A stretch of 63,536 nucleotides of DNA, filler included, from Rhabdomonas costata (lineage: Eukaryota): the NCBI GenBank assembly GCA_019059605.1. It is 30 parts of 30 records of this genome, joined end to end, with 100 filler letters (N's around TTAATTAATTAA, not from the genome) between each part and the next. Parts side by side here need not be neighbours in the genome. Positions count along the whole stretch, not along the records: positions 23,341 to 25,362 come from JAHMHO010006340.1; positions 25,463 to 27,484 come from JAHMHO010006341.1; positions 27,585 to 29,606 come from JAHMHO010006342.1; positions 29,707 to 31,728 come from JAHMHO010006343.1; positions 31,829 to 33,850 come from JAHMHO010006344.1; positions 33,951 to 35,972 come from JAHMHO010006345.1; positions 36,073 to 38,091 come from JAHMHO010006346.1; positions 38,192 to 40,211 come from JAHMHO010006347.1; 22 more parts are not named here. One strand, given 5' to 3'. Below are positions 25,101 to 38,860 of the stretch, one piece after another. The notes below the pieces were generated by a model. The model was not told the origin of the DNA. It did not search any database and saw only the letters and a list, made by a program, of their open reading frames with translations. Position 1 is the stretch's first letter. Each line of letters starts with the position of its first letter. The position numbers and the translations under genes are program-made.

Positions 25101-28100
25101 GCTTGAATACCGCAACGACCACGAACACGAGAGAATCAGCAACCACCATCAACCCAAGATCCCTCAAGACCCTCAAGATCGAAGACCATATCAAGATCAC
25201 CACCACCATCACAACCTCCCGAACCCGAACATCATGGACCCACGATCGCCAAAGAGAACACCCCAACTACCACCAGTATCAAGACGTAAATCCCCAACAA
25301 CAACACCCAGAATTTTTGCACCAGATATCCCGACGCGAATCTGAGCCCCCCTCCCCCCAACANNNNNNNNNNNNNNNNNNNNNNNNNNNNNNNNNNNNNN
25401 NNNNNNTTAATTAATTAANNNNNNNNNNNNNNNNNNNNNNNNNNNNNNNNNNNNNNNNNNNNGTGTTGGGTGTGGTTGGGGGGTTTGTTCAACTGAACTT
25501 CTTGCCTTGCCTGATTGTGTCTTCCTTTACATATTGGCTGTCTTTGCAAGTACAGCTTCGTTTCGCCTTCTTTGCATCCGGTTGCGTTCAGACGTTGGCG
25601 CTGACTTGAATAAAGGAAATAGCTGTTCCGAAGGAGTTTGAGAAAAGCGTGATTGCGCCCGGTCTTTCTGGTTTTTGTTAGCGCCCTCACCATTATGGAG
25701 TATGGAGTGGGGGTCCAGTGGGACCGAGCGACGCACAATGATGAATCTTGGAATTTGGTGACGCAGCGCCGTAAATATTTTTTTCTGAAATTTAATTAAA
25801 TAACATATAATATGGAGATTGTAATGAGTCGCCCTGATTTGTCGACTTGCTCTTCCCCTGAGGCCCTATTCTTGTGATTTTACAAGCATTTTTTTTGAGT
25901 TGCCTGGTGTTCCCATCTCACAATAGCAGTAAATCATTGGTTTCTCCGGTTCGCTCGGGCAATGAGCTGGCGTTGGCGTTTTTTTCAGGGCTCCTGTTTC
26001 ACGCTGTTTGAGGACCGCGGGATGGCCGCCCACAGCGCCCGCGTTCTGCCGCAGCTTGTCCGAGTGCTGCAGGAGCTCCCGGGTTTCGGAGCCGAGGTGC
26101 CATTCGCTTTTTTGCGCACGGATGCATCGACCACAGCTAAGGTAGTACGATGTCTTAGGTGCTGGCATTGAACACAAAATGGAAAAAAGACTGTTTACCT
26201 TTATGTCCTTGTTCATCGTACATCTTAATATTTCGCGTTCCTCTGTGTTACACTGCTCACCGCGGCAAGGTCACCGGAGCTTGAGCTTGCTGGCGTTTGC
26301 GCAGGAACTCTGTGACCGGCTCCTTGAGGTGTCGAGTGTCTAGAGTGATTGAATTTTGGGACATTGTGGTGAAATTCTGAGCTTACGGTGTTACTTGCTT
26401 TATAATGAGTACCTTTGTCAAACCAGCCTGAGAAGCGAGAGCAGAAAAAACAGCTCTAGTTATAGAATTTCGCGCCTAGTTGCCGGTTTATAGCGTGATG
26501 TTGGCCTGAGTGACTTTCAGTAACCGAGCTTCAACTGGTGACCTTTGGGGAAGTGGCTCGTCTCCCTTCTGCTGCAGTGATGCATTAATCAGGGTTTCTT
26601 CCATTTGGTATGGCAGCCTGCTCCTCCCTTCGATTGGAGGTGCAGCAACCCTGTTGTGGTCATACTAACTTTTTGGTGGCATTGAAGGCGATTCAGCCCA
26701 GAACTAGCTGTGTTCCCAGAAGTTTGACAATGTTGAAGTGTTGAGGAAAGGCCATAACAACGATGAGCGTTGAAAACCTGAAACTCACTATCTGCTTTTC
26801 ACTGTCCCACAAGTTGTGTCTAGGGAACCCATTGGGGACCGAACCCACCGAACCCACCCCTTTTCCTCTTTAAGCATACTTGGTGGGCCACGTCCGAGAA
26901 AATGGGAGAGGAGGGGGGTTATATTCATTCATTCTCCCCTTCGCCTCCTGCAGCCCGACCTGATCGCACTACAGGGGCCCAGCTGTGTGGTGTCTCTTCT
27001 GAGGCCCCTTGTTCTTCGCGTGGAGCCCCCCGCAGCCCTGCGGCAGTGCAACATTGCCAGTGGACCCTTCCTGGTTCGCTGTGAGCTTCACAGGCCCGCC
27101 TCATTCACCTCAGTCTCCCTCTTCTCTCATTAGGCCGCTCCTGCTTGGGACACCGACTAAAATTCATTTGCCTTTTCGCTGCATGAGACCAACTTTGGCA
27201 GCATGCGGTCTCTTGGGACTTTTCCTTCCCCCCCCCCTTGAGACTGACCTCACGTGCAGACAAAAGAACGGGCGCATAATGAAGATTCTCGGAAAATTGG
27301 GTTATTGTGTCAGAAACACGCTCTTTTTTGCACGGCATGTGTATGGCGGCGGGAGCATTGTGTGTTCTGCGGTGTCTTATTGTCAGGCGGCACCTTACAG
27401 GGTTGCAGCAGAACAAGTTCCTTAGCCGTTCGCCCATGTACGAAGAGCTGGGAATGTCCCTATACCTGCTGTCATTCTTCCTGTNNNNNNNNNNNNNNNN
27501 NNNNNNNNNNNNNNNNNNNNNNNNNNNNTTAATTAATTAANNNNNNNNNNNNNNNNNNNNNNNNNNNNNNNNNNNNNNNNNNNNTTTTGTTTTTAGTCCA
27601 AGAGCTGTTACTGCAATAATCGTGTGAGTGCCAGCTTCACACACCGCGTGCAGAAAAGCCGCGGGCACCGGTTGCTCTCAGCTTCAGAGAGAGAATCTGC
27701 AACTGTCACGAAGCCAAGCGGGGCCCTGGTATACGTCGGCCCATGACCCAGAACCCGTGGCAGAGAGAGATCGAAGCGCTCTAGAGTGCATTTCAAAAAA
27801 GAGAGAGTGAGCATTTCATATTCAAGGTAGAGAGAAGAGAATGCCGGAGAAGGAGGGTGGTGGGCGCACTTTTTTGATGTTGTCTTGCAGGCTGATCCGC
27901 TTGCGCGACGGGGAGAACAGGTGGGCCGTGCCCTTGACCCCTTCTGGAACGCTGACATTGGTCAGTGGCGTGCCCCGCGGCACCGACGCCTTCTTCAGCT
28001 TGCCCAGGTTTAGGCTCATCAGGGCCTGTGTTTTTTCCATGGGAGCATAGCGGGACAACGTGAGCGGGAGACCCAGGAGCTGCCACCTCGACACCCATTT

Positions 28101-29330
28101 TGGGGAGGTCCCAGAACCCAATGGATGTGGGTCAGAAGTGATCGGGAACACCGCTCCCCATCACCAGACCTGCGCACAGTCTCACCTTTCATTCTTGGTG
28201 CACCACACTTCGCATCTGTGCCCTGACTGCGCTTACATTTTTATATCCTCTCGAATGTTTAGCCTTCTGCTCAAGAGTCGGAAGAGTCGGAATGTCGTAC
28301 ATGAGACAATGTTTCCGCGGGTATTCAGCCAACTGAGATTTTGTAGAACTACTTAATTCGGTAATGGGGGTCTCCGAGACAGGGCCGCGAACAGTCGTCC
28401 GCTTCCCAACCCGTTCTTCATCTTCACCAGAACCAGCCCCCCCTCCCTTCCTCTCGAGGAAAAAGGGGCGAGAAAGGCAGAGCAAAGGGTGTTGAAAATG
28501 GATAGGGGATCGCTGAAAAGAGCATAAAGTTAGGACAGAGGGAAAGGGGTAAGACTCCCCACAAAAGAAAACTGCACCTCTGCGGAGGGGAGCCGTCCAC
28601 TCAGAGCTCCCGGGAGGAGGAAAATATTCGCGGTACTCCACCCGTGGCTCAGCTGAAAAACTCCTTGAGAAGGCGCACAAAGAGTGAAACATCCAGAACG
28701 CGGAGAGCCTCTTTCGGAAAAAACTAGGAAATCACTCCAAATCTGCAAGCTTCTGGTAGCCGAAGTACTGTGCTATTTAAGTCCTGGTTTTTGGGGTGAA
28801 CGGGTATTACCCATATCCGTATGCCATTCTATCCACAGGTGTCAGCACTGCAATGTCGACCACCGGAAATGCACGAAAACAGTGCACACAACAGCGAAGC
28901 AGTATGAATATTCACAACATGTACACAAAGGAGGGAAGTCACAGATCCCCATACCCGTAGGCTTTCAGCTGGTCACGGGACTGGGACAGCCTCCCTGAGG
29001 CCAGAGAAGACAACGTGGCTCCCGCAAACCCTGAATCCATTACGAAAGTATCAATGGCAACGCTTTATGAGCGCGGGTGAAAAAGGAACGCTTAAAGAAA
29101 AAAGAGCAAAAGCAGCCGAGCCTGTGCAGGGAAGGCAAGCAACCCAAACACCCAAACACGGCGGAGCATTTTGATTCCCTATCCCAGCCCCGGATGCCTC
29201 CAACACCGCACAGCCAACATTCCCTCGAGTCGGTACTTGTCTTCCTCCCTTCCTCCCCTAATTAGAAGCCAAATGAAAATGGCATGGCACGTCGCACGGA
29301 CTAAGGGGCCAAAAATCCCCTGTACTCCAC

Positions 29331-29376
29331 TACAAGGTAGCCCGGTACAAGGCAGCTCCGGTACAAGGTAGCCCGG
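29331..29376 (+). repeat. Short tandem repeat, about 3 x TACAAGG(T/C)AGC(T)CCGG
   Basis: Read directly. Confidence 0.75.
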
Positions 29377-29706
29377 ACGCACAGCACAGCGGCAAAGGGA
29401 CTAAGAGTGGAACCCTGCCCGGTGTCCCATTGCCACATGGAGGCATCAAGCCGCGCCCACCCGCGGGATCTGAGGGGAAGAGCAGAAGAGTGATGCCAGC
29501 CCTAGAAGTTGAAGAGCTTGCTCACAGCCACTGCCGTGGGCAAGAGCGTTCCCGCCTCCTCCTGGTGGTTTTGCACCCTGAGCCCCTCCTCATGGCCCCC
29601 CCACCCNNNNNNNNNNNNNNNNNNNNNNNNNNNNNNNNNNNNNNNNNNNNTTAATTAATTAANNNNNNNNNNNNNNNNNNNNNNNNNNNNNNNNNNNNNN
29701 NNNNNN

Positions 29707-29930
29707 TGATACAGGTGCTATAGTAGGCTCCACCGTAAACTGAGACTTTTGTCGGAACAGTTCTTTTTGAAGATGACAGGTGTGTTTCGGGTGCTCGGCG
29801 TGCACATTCAACGCCAAACATCAGCCGACACACTGACTGCCCTGGTTTAGTGCCGCTCAGCCCTAAACCCAGAGAACTGCTCCGACAAAAGTCTCAGTTT
29901 ACGGTGGAGCCTACTATAGCACCTGTATCA
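29707..29930. mobile_element. MITE-like element with 58-bp inverted arms (29707-29764 / 29873-29930, one mismatch)
   Basis: Inverted repeat read directly. The core TATAGTAGGCTCCACCGTAAACTGAGACTTTTG recurs, slightly diverged, on another contig at 38828-38860. Confidence 0.75.
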
Positions 29931-30431
29931 CCATTTACACGTTTACTTCACCCACACAGGAACTGGTCAATGATCGTTGTTTGTCAAGTCTTCACAGGGA
30001 AGGAACTCCAAGACATAAAAGCCGGTGGAAATGCCTCATTTTACCTTTTGCTGCGCTTCAACCGTGTTGTTTCGAGTATTCATACTGTCACTCATGACGC
30101 GTGGGAACCAAAAAGCATCTTTACAAGTTTCTTTTGAACCCTACTTTGTGTGCGTACCCATGCAGGTGGGTGATTACTTCCGGGAGGACTACTTTTGTCG
30201 TCCCCGAAACCCCCAAAACCTGTCTAAGATAGAAGTGTTCGCGTTTTGTCACAAAACCAATGCACCGCCAAAAGAAAGCGGGTAAAATCGGTGTCCACAG
30301 CGATATCTGTCTCCGGTTCCCTGTATTGCATTGTTCGCACTTTGTATTGCCCCTCCTACCTGGTTTTATGGTGTGGCTGCGGACTATAAGAATGGTTTCA
30401 AGAATGTTCACGTTCTCGTTGTGCTGTTCAG

Positions 30432-30593
30432 ATGTGGCTGCAGCTGATCTGCTCGGCCTTCCCATGCGAGGACATCATCGCAGAGGGCGCGTTTGAGGTA
30501 CCCTCGAGCGCCGCCGGGAGCTGGTCCGCCACGACCGTCAGCCTGCGGCCGCCCCGGGCCGCCCGGGACCAGACCTTGTCCGCATCCGCGGAG
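30432..30593 (+). CDS. Hypothetical protein internal exon (MWLQLICSAFPCEDIIAEGAFEV...)
   Basis: TTCAG| acceptor, GAG|GTGCAC donor, 54 open codons, GC3-rich. Confidence 0.45.
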
Positions 30594-33430
30594 GTGCACT
30601 TCACGATTTAAGCCTTAAAGCTAAGTCACGGCTGGCGCTCGTCCGACGGTGGGGGGAGACGGTAGGCGTGACCCACCACGTGACCTACTCCCCCGCCCGG
30701 CTCCGTGCGCCGTTCTGCCACTTCACTTTTTCTTAGGGGAGTAGTTGCGTTTTGCAACCTCTGCCCCAAAACGGTTCGACCCGCGGCTGTCGCCGTACGG
30801 TTTGCTTCGCAAGGGGCTATTCGCTTCCTTTTTCTTCCGTCGATGTACATACGTGCTATTTGGGCTTTTTCTCTGAGGAATGTGTGTTCGGGCATGGCCC
30901 CTTGCGTTCAAGGTATTTGCCACATTCACTTTCTGTCGGGCGTTGTTTTGTCTGTTGGTGCCCTTGCCTTTGCCCGCGTGGTATTCTGACCATCCCTTTT
31001 TTGCACCGTTGTTGTTTAGTTCTGTTGGTGACACTCCTTCTGTTGCGGTTTGCCCCCCCCTCCACACACACACTCGCCCCAGGCAGGAAGGACTGCTGTA
31101 CGAAAGAAGTCAGCATTGTGGGTACAATTGGCATGGTATAATGGAAAAGGCGGTTAAGGGCGGCTGGGCGACACGCCGCTTCTCGCAAGGCAACCTTGAG
31201 TCGCCTTCCAAGCCTCACTGACCGTCGTGTACTGAAGGAGCTTATTGCAGTAAGCTCATCTTACTCTTGCGAAAAGCACAAGGCTTTTAATCGCCACTCT
31301 GTGGTCCCTGTTTTCTGCTGCACCAATTTTCATGCTTCGCCCCCCGCCCTCGTAGATTATAGAATTTTCTTCGCGCGTTACGTTGTTGCATGTGCTCGTT
31401 TTTCTCACAGCAATATTTGTGCCTGTTCTTTTTTGTTGTGTTCTTTTTTCTGTCTTCGTTTGTGCGTTTGTGCGTGTGGCTGGGATCTGCTGCAGTCTTG
31501 TCTGTTGTCCGCTGCTGCAGTGCGGGTGCATAGTCGATGGCTTTTTAGCTCATAACCAAGCGGTCCAGTTTATCTCATTCCCTCTGCACCGCCACGCTGA
31601 GCTGAGCTCGTGAAGGTGCCCCGTTAGCAAAGATGGAGCCGTCATCGAACTCTCAGGGTCGCTCAAGTACTGTGGAAACCTCAGCCAACCACGTTGGCTC
31701 GTCCGCCCCCACCGCTCCCACACACCCCNNNNNNNNNNNNNNNNNNNNNNNNNNNNNNNNNNNNNNNNNNNNTTAATTAATTAANNNNNNNNNNNNNNNN
31801 NNNNNNNNNNNNNNNNNNNNNNNNNNNNGGTGGGTGCAGGACGAGACTTCCCTCATGCTGTGGGTTGGTCGAGCGGAGCGGGGCAGCATGGTTCGGGTCT
31901 GCTCCGGCGCGGAGGAGGGGTGGTGTGGGCCCCGGCGCTGGCCCTTTCGGGGATTGGGCCCAGTACCGCTAAATGATGAGTCTTCCGAGGAGCTGTCGAT
32001 GAGAAACTCTTCCGCAGACTCCTCGTCATCGTCTGGAAATCACCAAAAGCAAATAGAACCAGCACACCCTGACCCTGAACGAGCATCCAATTCTGAATTG
32101 TTAATGCTCCCGCACAAAAATGAAACATGAGAGGTGACGTGGGTCTCCAGAAGGGAAAAAACTCTGTAAAGTATTCCACGCGCACCTTGGGTGGTCGCTC
32201 CAGAACGTCGCGCCTTGGCTGGTCGTGAAGGCCACTGATCTAACTCCATGACGGCATCGCTCGTTCCAAATCTATGCTGGGCTAGAAGACTGGAGAAGCC
32301 CCCCGCGGCTTCTTCATAACCATTCTCGTGGTCGTCGTCTCCGGCCGACCAGGCTGGCGCACCTGTGGATGTGTTGATCCTTACAAAGACAGAAAACCTC
32401 ACCTTAAACAACGACGAACCATATCACACGATCCTCTCGTCTTAAGGAACAATTTCCCAACAACTGCGATTAACAATGAATACCCCATGTATTCAGTAAA
32501 TGAGGCTAAATGAGGGAACTCGAGCACTACCGACCCCACACACTGATTTGTGTGGATGAATTGACATCCTTTCGCGGTTGACCAGGGGGACCAACAACCT
32601 CGCCCCCCCTCCCCCCTTATAAACAAAGAAGTGCAGACAAATACCTCCAGAATCACCGCTTGACCTCGAGCATTTTGGGGTCACGGCCACACGGCGAGCA
32701 CGGGGTCGAGAGCTGCCACTCAGCCCCGCCTGAAACTTCTGCACTGGCTGGGTGGTGGTGCTACGCGGGGGAGGTCGCATTTCCGCTAAGGGTGCTGTGC
32801 CTCTACCTACCCGACCAAAACAAAATTCAAACCGAAGCGCCGGCAGAAACCGTACGTGTCGTAATACACGTGTGGAAACTGCTGCGCCGAAAGGCTGTTG
32901 GGAAAACAACATGAAACCAGAGAGAAAAAGGCATCGGGCTCGGTTCACCGTATTCCCCGCGCAAAGGAACCAACATGCAAAAGATACACCAGATAAACCA
33001 TAGAGTTTTAGCAAAAGACCCTATGCTCACATCAGCCCCTATCAAAACACATCCTCTGAGTATTTAAGTTGAAGTGTAAATTTTTACTTCTCAGAAGGAT
33101 GAAAGCAAGTGATACAATCAGGTATTTCACGAAATTTATCTGCTTCTTCAGTAGCCTCTGTCTTTCAAACGCCAATACGTTCGGCTTCTACCACGTCCAA
33201 GTTGCAGAACTTTGAAGGTTGCTTTGGAAACAGAAAGTTCTGAGAAGGGAGCCAGACAACAATGTCCATCATCATGACATGGAAGATACAAGTCGACCAA
33301 AAAATTGAAAAGCAGCTGAACCATCGTCCGCGCCCTATGTAACGACGTGACCAACCAGGGAATGCGCGCGGCTTTGTGCCAGTGTCACCCGGCTTCTCCG
33401 CGATCACCATGCATTCAGGGAGCCACAGGC

Positions 33431-33634
33431 TCATGTGGCAGGGCCGCTGCAAAGGCTGTACACAGTGACCGCAGTGCCCACAGTTCCAATGACCACGCCC
33501 AGGCCTAGCAGCAGCCCATGGGCGGCCCAGTGCACTGCGGAGTTCCCCGGGCAGCCCACCCGGATCCCCAGCACGGCGGGAATCACGAAGCAAAGCAGGG
33601 AGCACGCCAAAGACCCAAGAAGCTGAAATACCAC
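33431..33634 (-). CDS. Terminal exon of an AAAP/SLC38-like amino acid transporter (last two TM helices)
   Basis: VVFQLLGSLACSLLCFVIPAVL...AAHGLLLGLGVVIGTVGTAVTVY fits the vf.l.Gs......f..P and Gv.....gt pattern. CTCAG| acceptor and TGA stop. Confidence 0.75.
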   Translation of the reverse strand: MVFQLLGSLACSLLCFVIPAVLGIRVGCPGNSAVHWAAHGLLLGLGVVIGTVGTAVTVYSLCSGPAT

Positions 33635-33985
33635 CTGAGGAAGCGTCACGTCACACAGAAGTAGTGATATTCTTTCTGTGCCACTCTGCATTCTCATTCG
33701 CTTTCACATTTTTATTGGCTCACAACATCTGAAATGTGGAAGCGGTGTCCCTGCTTTTCTCTGAAGCACTGGCGCCAAAATCGTCAACTTAAGTGCATCG
33801 GCAGGCTCCCCAGCTCCGGGGCCAAGTGGGTGCAGCATCTATTCCAACACNNNNNNNNNNNNNNNNNNNNNNNNNNNNNNNNNNNNNNNNNNNNTTAATT
33901 AATTAANNNNNNNNNNNNNNNNNNNNNNNNNNNNNNNNNNNNNNNNNNNNTGTGTTTGTGTGAATGACAAAGAACGAGCAAAGAC

Positions 33986-35323
33986 CTGAAAATGTGCTGG
34001 AGAGTAATCTCTGAGAATGGCGAAGGGCTGTGGGCACCACTTCTGAATGAAGATCGTGGAGTTGCCAAGCGAGTCCTCGTTCAGCAGGGCCCAGCCCTCG
34101 GTCTGCACGATGTGATGGAAGGCCGGGTCGGCGGTGCACCCGAACAACGTCCTCTCTCCGATATACACCACGAAGCGGCCTTTTTAATAAGCAGACGAGA
34201 CAGGAGCGAATGCGGCGGCGCAGGTACTGGGTGACAATCCTTAGATGAGAGTTTAGGATTGCACTGAAAAGAAGGCAGTGTTAAGTGATACTATCTGTTC
34301 ATGTGGAAAAAACAAGGTTATTTCCACGACCAACCTAGGACGTTTTCAGGGGTTTGTGTGTTCGTTTATTCGGAGGCTGCTGGGCTGCATGTAGTGCCTT
34401 TTGCACTGGGATTGGCAGTGCAAGTGGTGATGAACATGGTTGAGACCGAGGTGGAGAACCTCCGCGAGAAGCTGGAGGCCGCCGAGTACAAGGAGAGAGA
34501 AGCTATGAAGAAGGTCTGTGATGATCTTGCTCAGAGGTACTGAGAGTGTGGGAAAAGCAGAAACCCTGCAATTGCTTGAACTCAAAGGAAGCCATGGGGA
34601 CTGCGGATTAGGAAAGAAAAAATGCACTAATATCTAACGCAAGCCCAGATGTCTGTGTGTCTGTGTGTGCGTGTGCGTTTGTGTGGAGCGGCCCAGTTGA
34701 GGAGGGGGAGAGGGCAAGGCAACGTGAGAGATGAGAAAAGATGGGAGATGAAGGACCTCCTTTGGAAGCGAAGTTCCTTATGGAGTCGCTCGCCATGGTG
34801 TTCGTGGGACGGTTTGGGTCTGGTGCAGCTATAAACGCAGCAAATGGAGATGAGCGAACGAGGACATCACAAACAATGCGACGGCGAAACCGGGGGGAAG
34901 ATGCAAGCGGCAGGAGAAGAGGAAAAACGTCGAGAAACAGGAAGGCATACGATTGAAGGAGCCATCAGCCAGCGAGCTTCCTGTACGGTGAGCGACGAAA
35001 ACGGGGGAAAATACAAGCGCAATAACCCAACGCAGTGATTGAACCTGGCCTTTCCCACAAACCTTGTGTGAATATTTCTGAGATCGTGGTGAATGCTTGT
35101 TCATTGTGGGTTGTGGGTAGTGTAGCTCACCGCTCTTGCCCTTTTTTAGAGTTAAAATCCCAAAAGGCAGTTTGCAAGGGAACATTTCTCCGGAGCGACC
35201 AGCTTTCTTTATACTGTGGCCATCTCAAAATCTCCAGGAAAGGAAGCGCCGCGCACCTAGAGGGGGCCAGCAGAGCAACAACAAACAGTCCTCCGTGGCT
35301 GCAAAGTCGGTCAGGATGTTTGC
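33986..35323 (-). CDS. Uncharacterised SAM-methyltransferase-like protein, partial (exons 35323-35257, 34980-34951, 34828-34757, 34179-33986)
   Basis: Three phase-1 GT-AG joins give ...CLLLLCWPPLGSSLADGSFNPAPDPNRPTNTMASDSIRNFASKGGRFVVYIGERTLFGCTADPAFHHIV. The order LLCWP..MA..G..VYIGE..GCT is typical of a known uncharacterised MTase-fold family (recognised from memory). Confidence 0.7.
34419..34513 (+). CDS. Coiled-coil exon of a separate gene lying antisense inside an intron
   Basis: TTGGCAG| QVVMNMVETEVENLREKLEAAEYKEREAMKK |GTCTGT, with strong GAG/AAG/CTG codon bias. Confidence 0.55.
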
Positions 35324-36072
35324 CTGGGTGCCCGCATAGACGGGGACAAAGGATTGACGGTTCGGGTAAACGTCGTACGCTACAACCTGAGCGAAATAAA
35401 TCACGCGCTAACAGCAGTAAAAAAAAATTGTGAGATTTCTCAAACAACTTTCGCACCACCCAAGAAAGAGCAGAACAACAGTGAAGCTTCGTCAGCGTAT
35501 GAAAACGCACGAAAGTCACAATGGAGCGTCAGTAGTTCGGTTATCTGTTTTGCTTACCGTCTTGTAACCCACAAGGGCGGCTAAAAGATTTTGAGCTTTG
35601 CGGATTTTTGGAATTGTCGTTGCCGGACTTTGGCAGGCAAATGGGACAACTATATTAGGAGCGGAGGCCAGTCCGCTGCGCGGCCGGATTGGGCACTGCT
35701 GCACAACTGAACTGGTCACTTTTTCATAATGCTATCGTTATTTCGCGGGAGTATACTGTTTTCTGCCCCACGAAGGCACAATTTAATTGGCAGTGCTAAA
35801 CAACCACCCGTATGAAAATGAGACCCTTCAAGTGTGCTTAATTTGACTGATGCAGCGTCGCTCCAGAATTTGGGGCACCAACTAAAAACCAGCTTGGGGA
35901 AGAATTGGGTAAAAAGCGAGCAAGGGCAGAAGCATACCTCAAGAAACAGATCCAGGGAACGGGCAGCGCGGANNNNNNNNNNNNNNNNNNNNNNNNNNNN
36001 NNNNNNNNNNNNNNNNTTAATTAATTAANNNNNNNNNNNNNNNNNNNNNNNNNNNNNNNNNNNNNNNNNNNN

Positions 36073-37830
<1,758 letters not shown>

Positions 37831-38337
37831 TTCACCTTTGGAGAACGTTGCTTGGGCACCACTGTGGGCACTTCTTCGGCGCTGCTGGGCGGGTATCGGG
37901 CCTACGTTCCCGGCCTTGCAACAGGGCAAGGACAAGAGCCAGAAACTTTCTTTCTGCGCTGAGCGAGCTGCGACGGCCAACTTATGTTTGCCCTCCGAGA
38001 CCGTGACACCGTGCGCAGAAAGTGGCTCTGGGCGCAAGCTTTGTCGTGGGATTGCAAAGGCTCGTGTGCTGAGATTAAATGAAAACAACACNNNNNNNNN
38101 NNNNNNNNNNNNNNNNNNNNNNNNNNNNNNNNNNNTTAATTAATTAANNNNNNNNNNNNNNNNNNNNNNNNNNNNNNNNNNNNNNNNNNNNTGTGTTGGG
38201 TGTGGGTGGGTGTGTGTGTACCTGAAGACCGCACCGATCTTTGGCAACGTGGCAGTATTGTTATTTATTATTATTATTTTCTGTGGTGGTTGCTCGTACC
38301 CGTTCGTCTCACCCGAAACAAAGAGCAGAATGGACGG

Positions 38338-38455
38338 ATCATTATTCCGTTGAAGTCGAGTGTATCATTATTCCGTTGAAGTCGAGTGTTTCATTGCCTT
38401 CCTTTTCCTATTCCTTTCCTTTCCTTTCCCTTCCTTTCCCTTCCTTTCCCTTCCA
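38338..38455 (+). repeat. Tandem duplication (ATCATTATTCCGTTGAAGTCGAGTGT x2) followed by a (TTCCC/TTTCC)n microsatellite
   Basis: Read directly. Confidence 0.8.
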
Positions 38456-38827
38456 GATTATGCAGTGTGAAGGGCTGGTAAGAGAAAAAGGGGCGGTGAT
38501 TATTTTTTTGGGGCTTTTTGCGTTTAGACCTGCTTATCATATGAGATGGGATGGGGTTGGGGTCGCAGTTCGAGCAGAGCTGCGCCGAGCTGAAAGAGCT
38601 GCAAGACCCTCTTCATGGTATCCAGACCAAGGCCGTTGAGGGCACGCTTGATGTTTCAGAGGCACAGGTTGGCGAGGTGCTGGAATCGCAGGCGAGCCTT
38701 CGCGAAGAAGCAGATTCAGAGGTGTCTGCGCTCTAGCCTGCTGGCTGCGCTGCGGATGTGCTTCAGCCAAGCGTTTTGCAGGACCCATCGACTTTGTGTG
38801 TTTTTCATATACCAAAATTATCATATA

Positions 38828-38860
38828 CTATAGTGGCCCCACTGTAAACTGAGACTTTTG
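38828..38860 (+). mobile_element. Solo terminal-inverted-repeat copy of the 29707 MITE family
   Basis: CTATAGTGGCCCCACTGTAAACTGAGACTTTTG versus CTATAGTAGGCTCCACCGTAAACTGAGACTTTTG. Confidence 0.7.
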
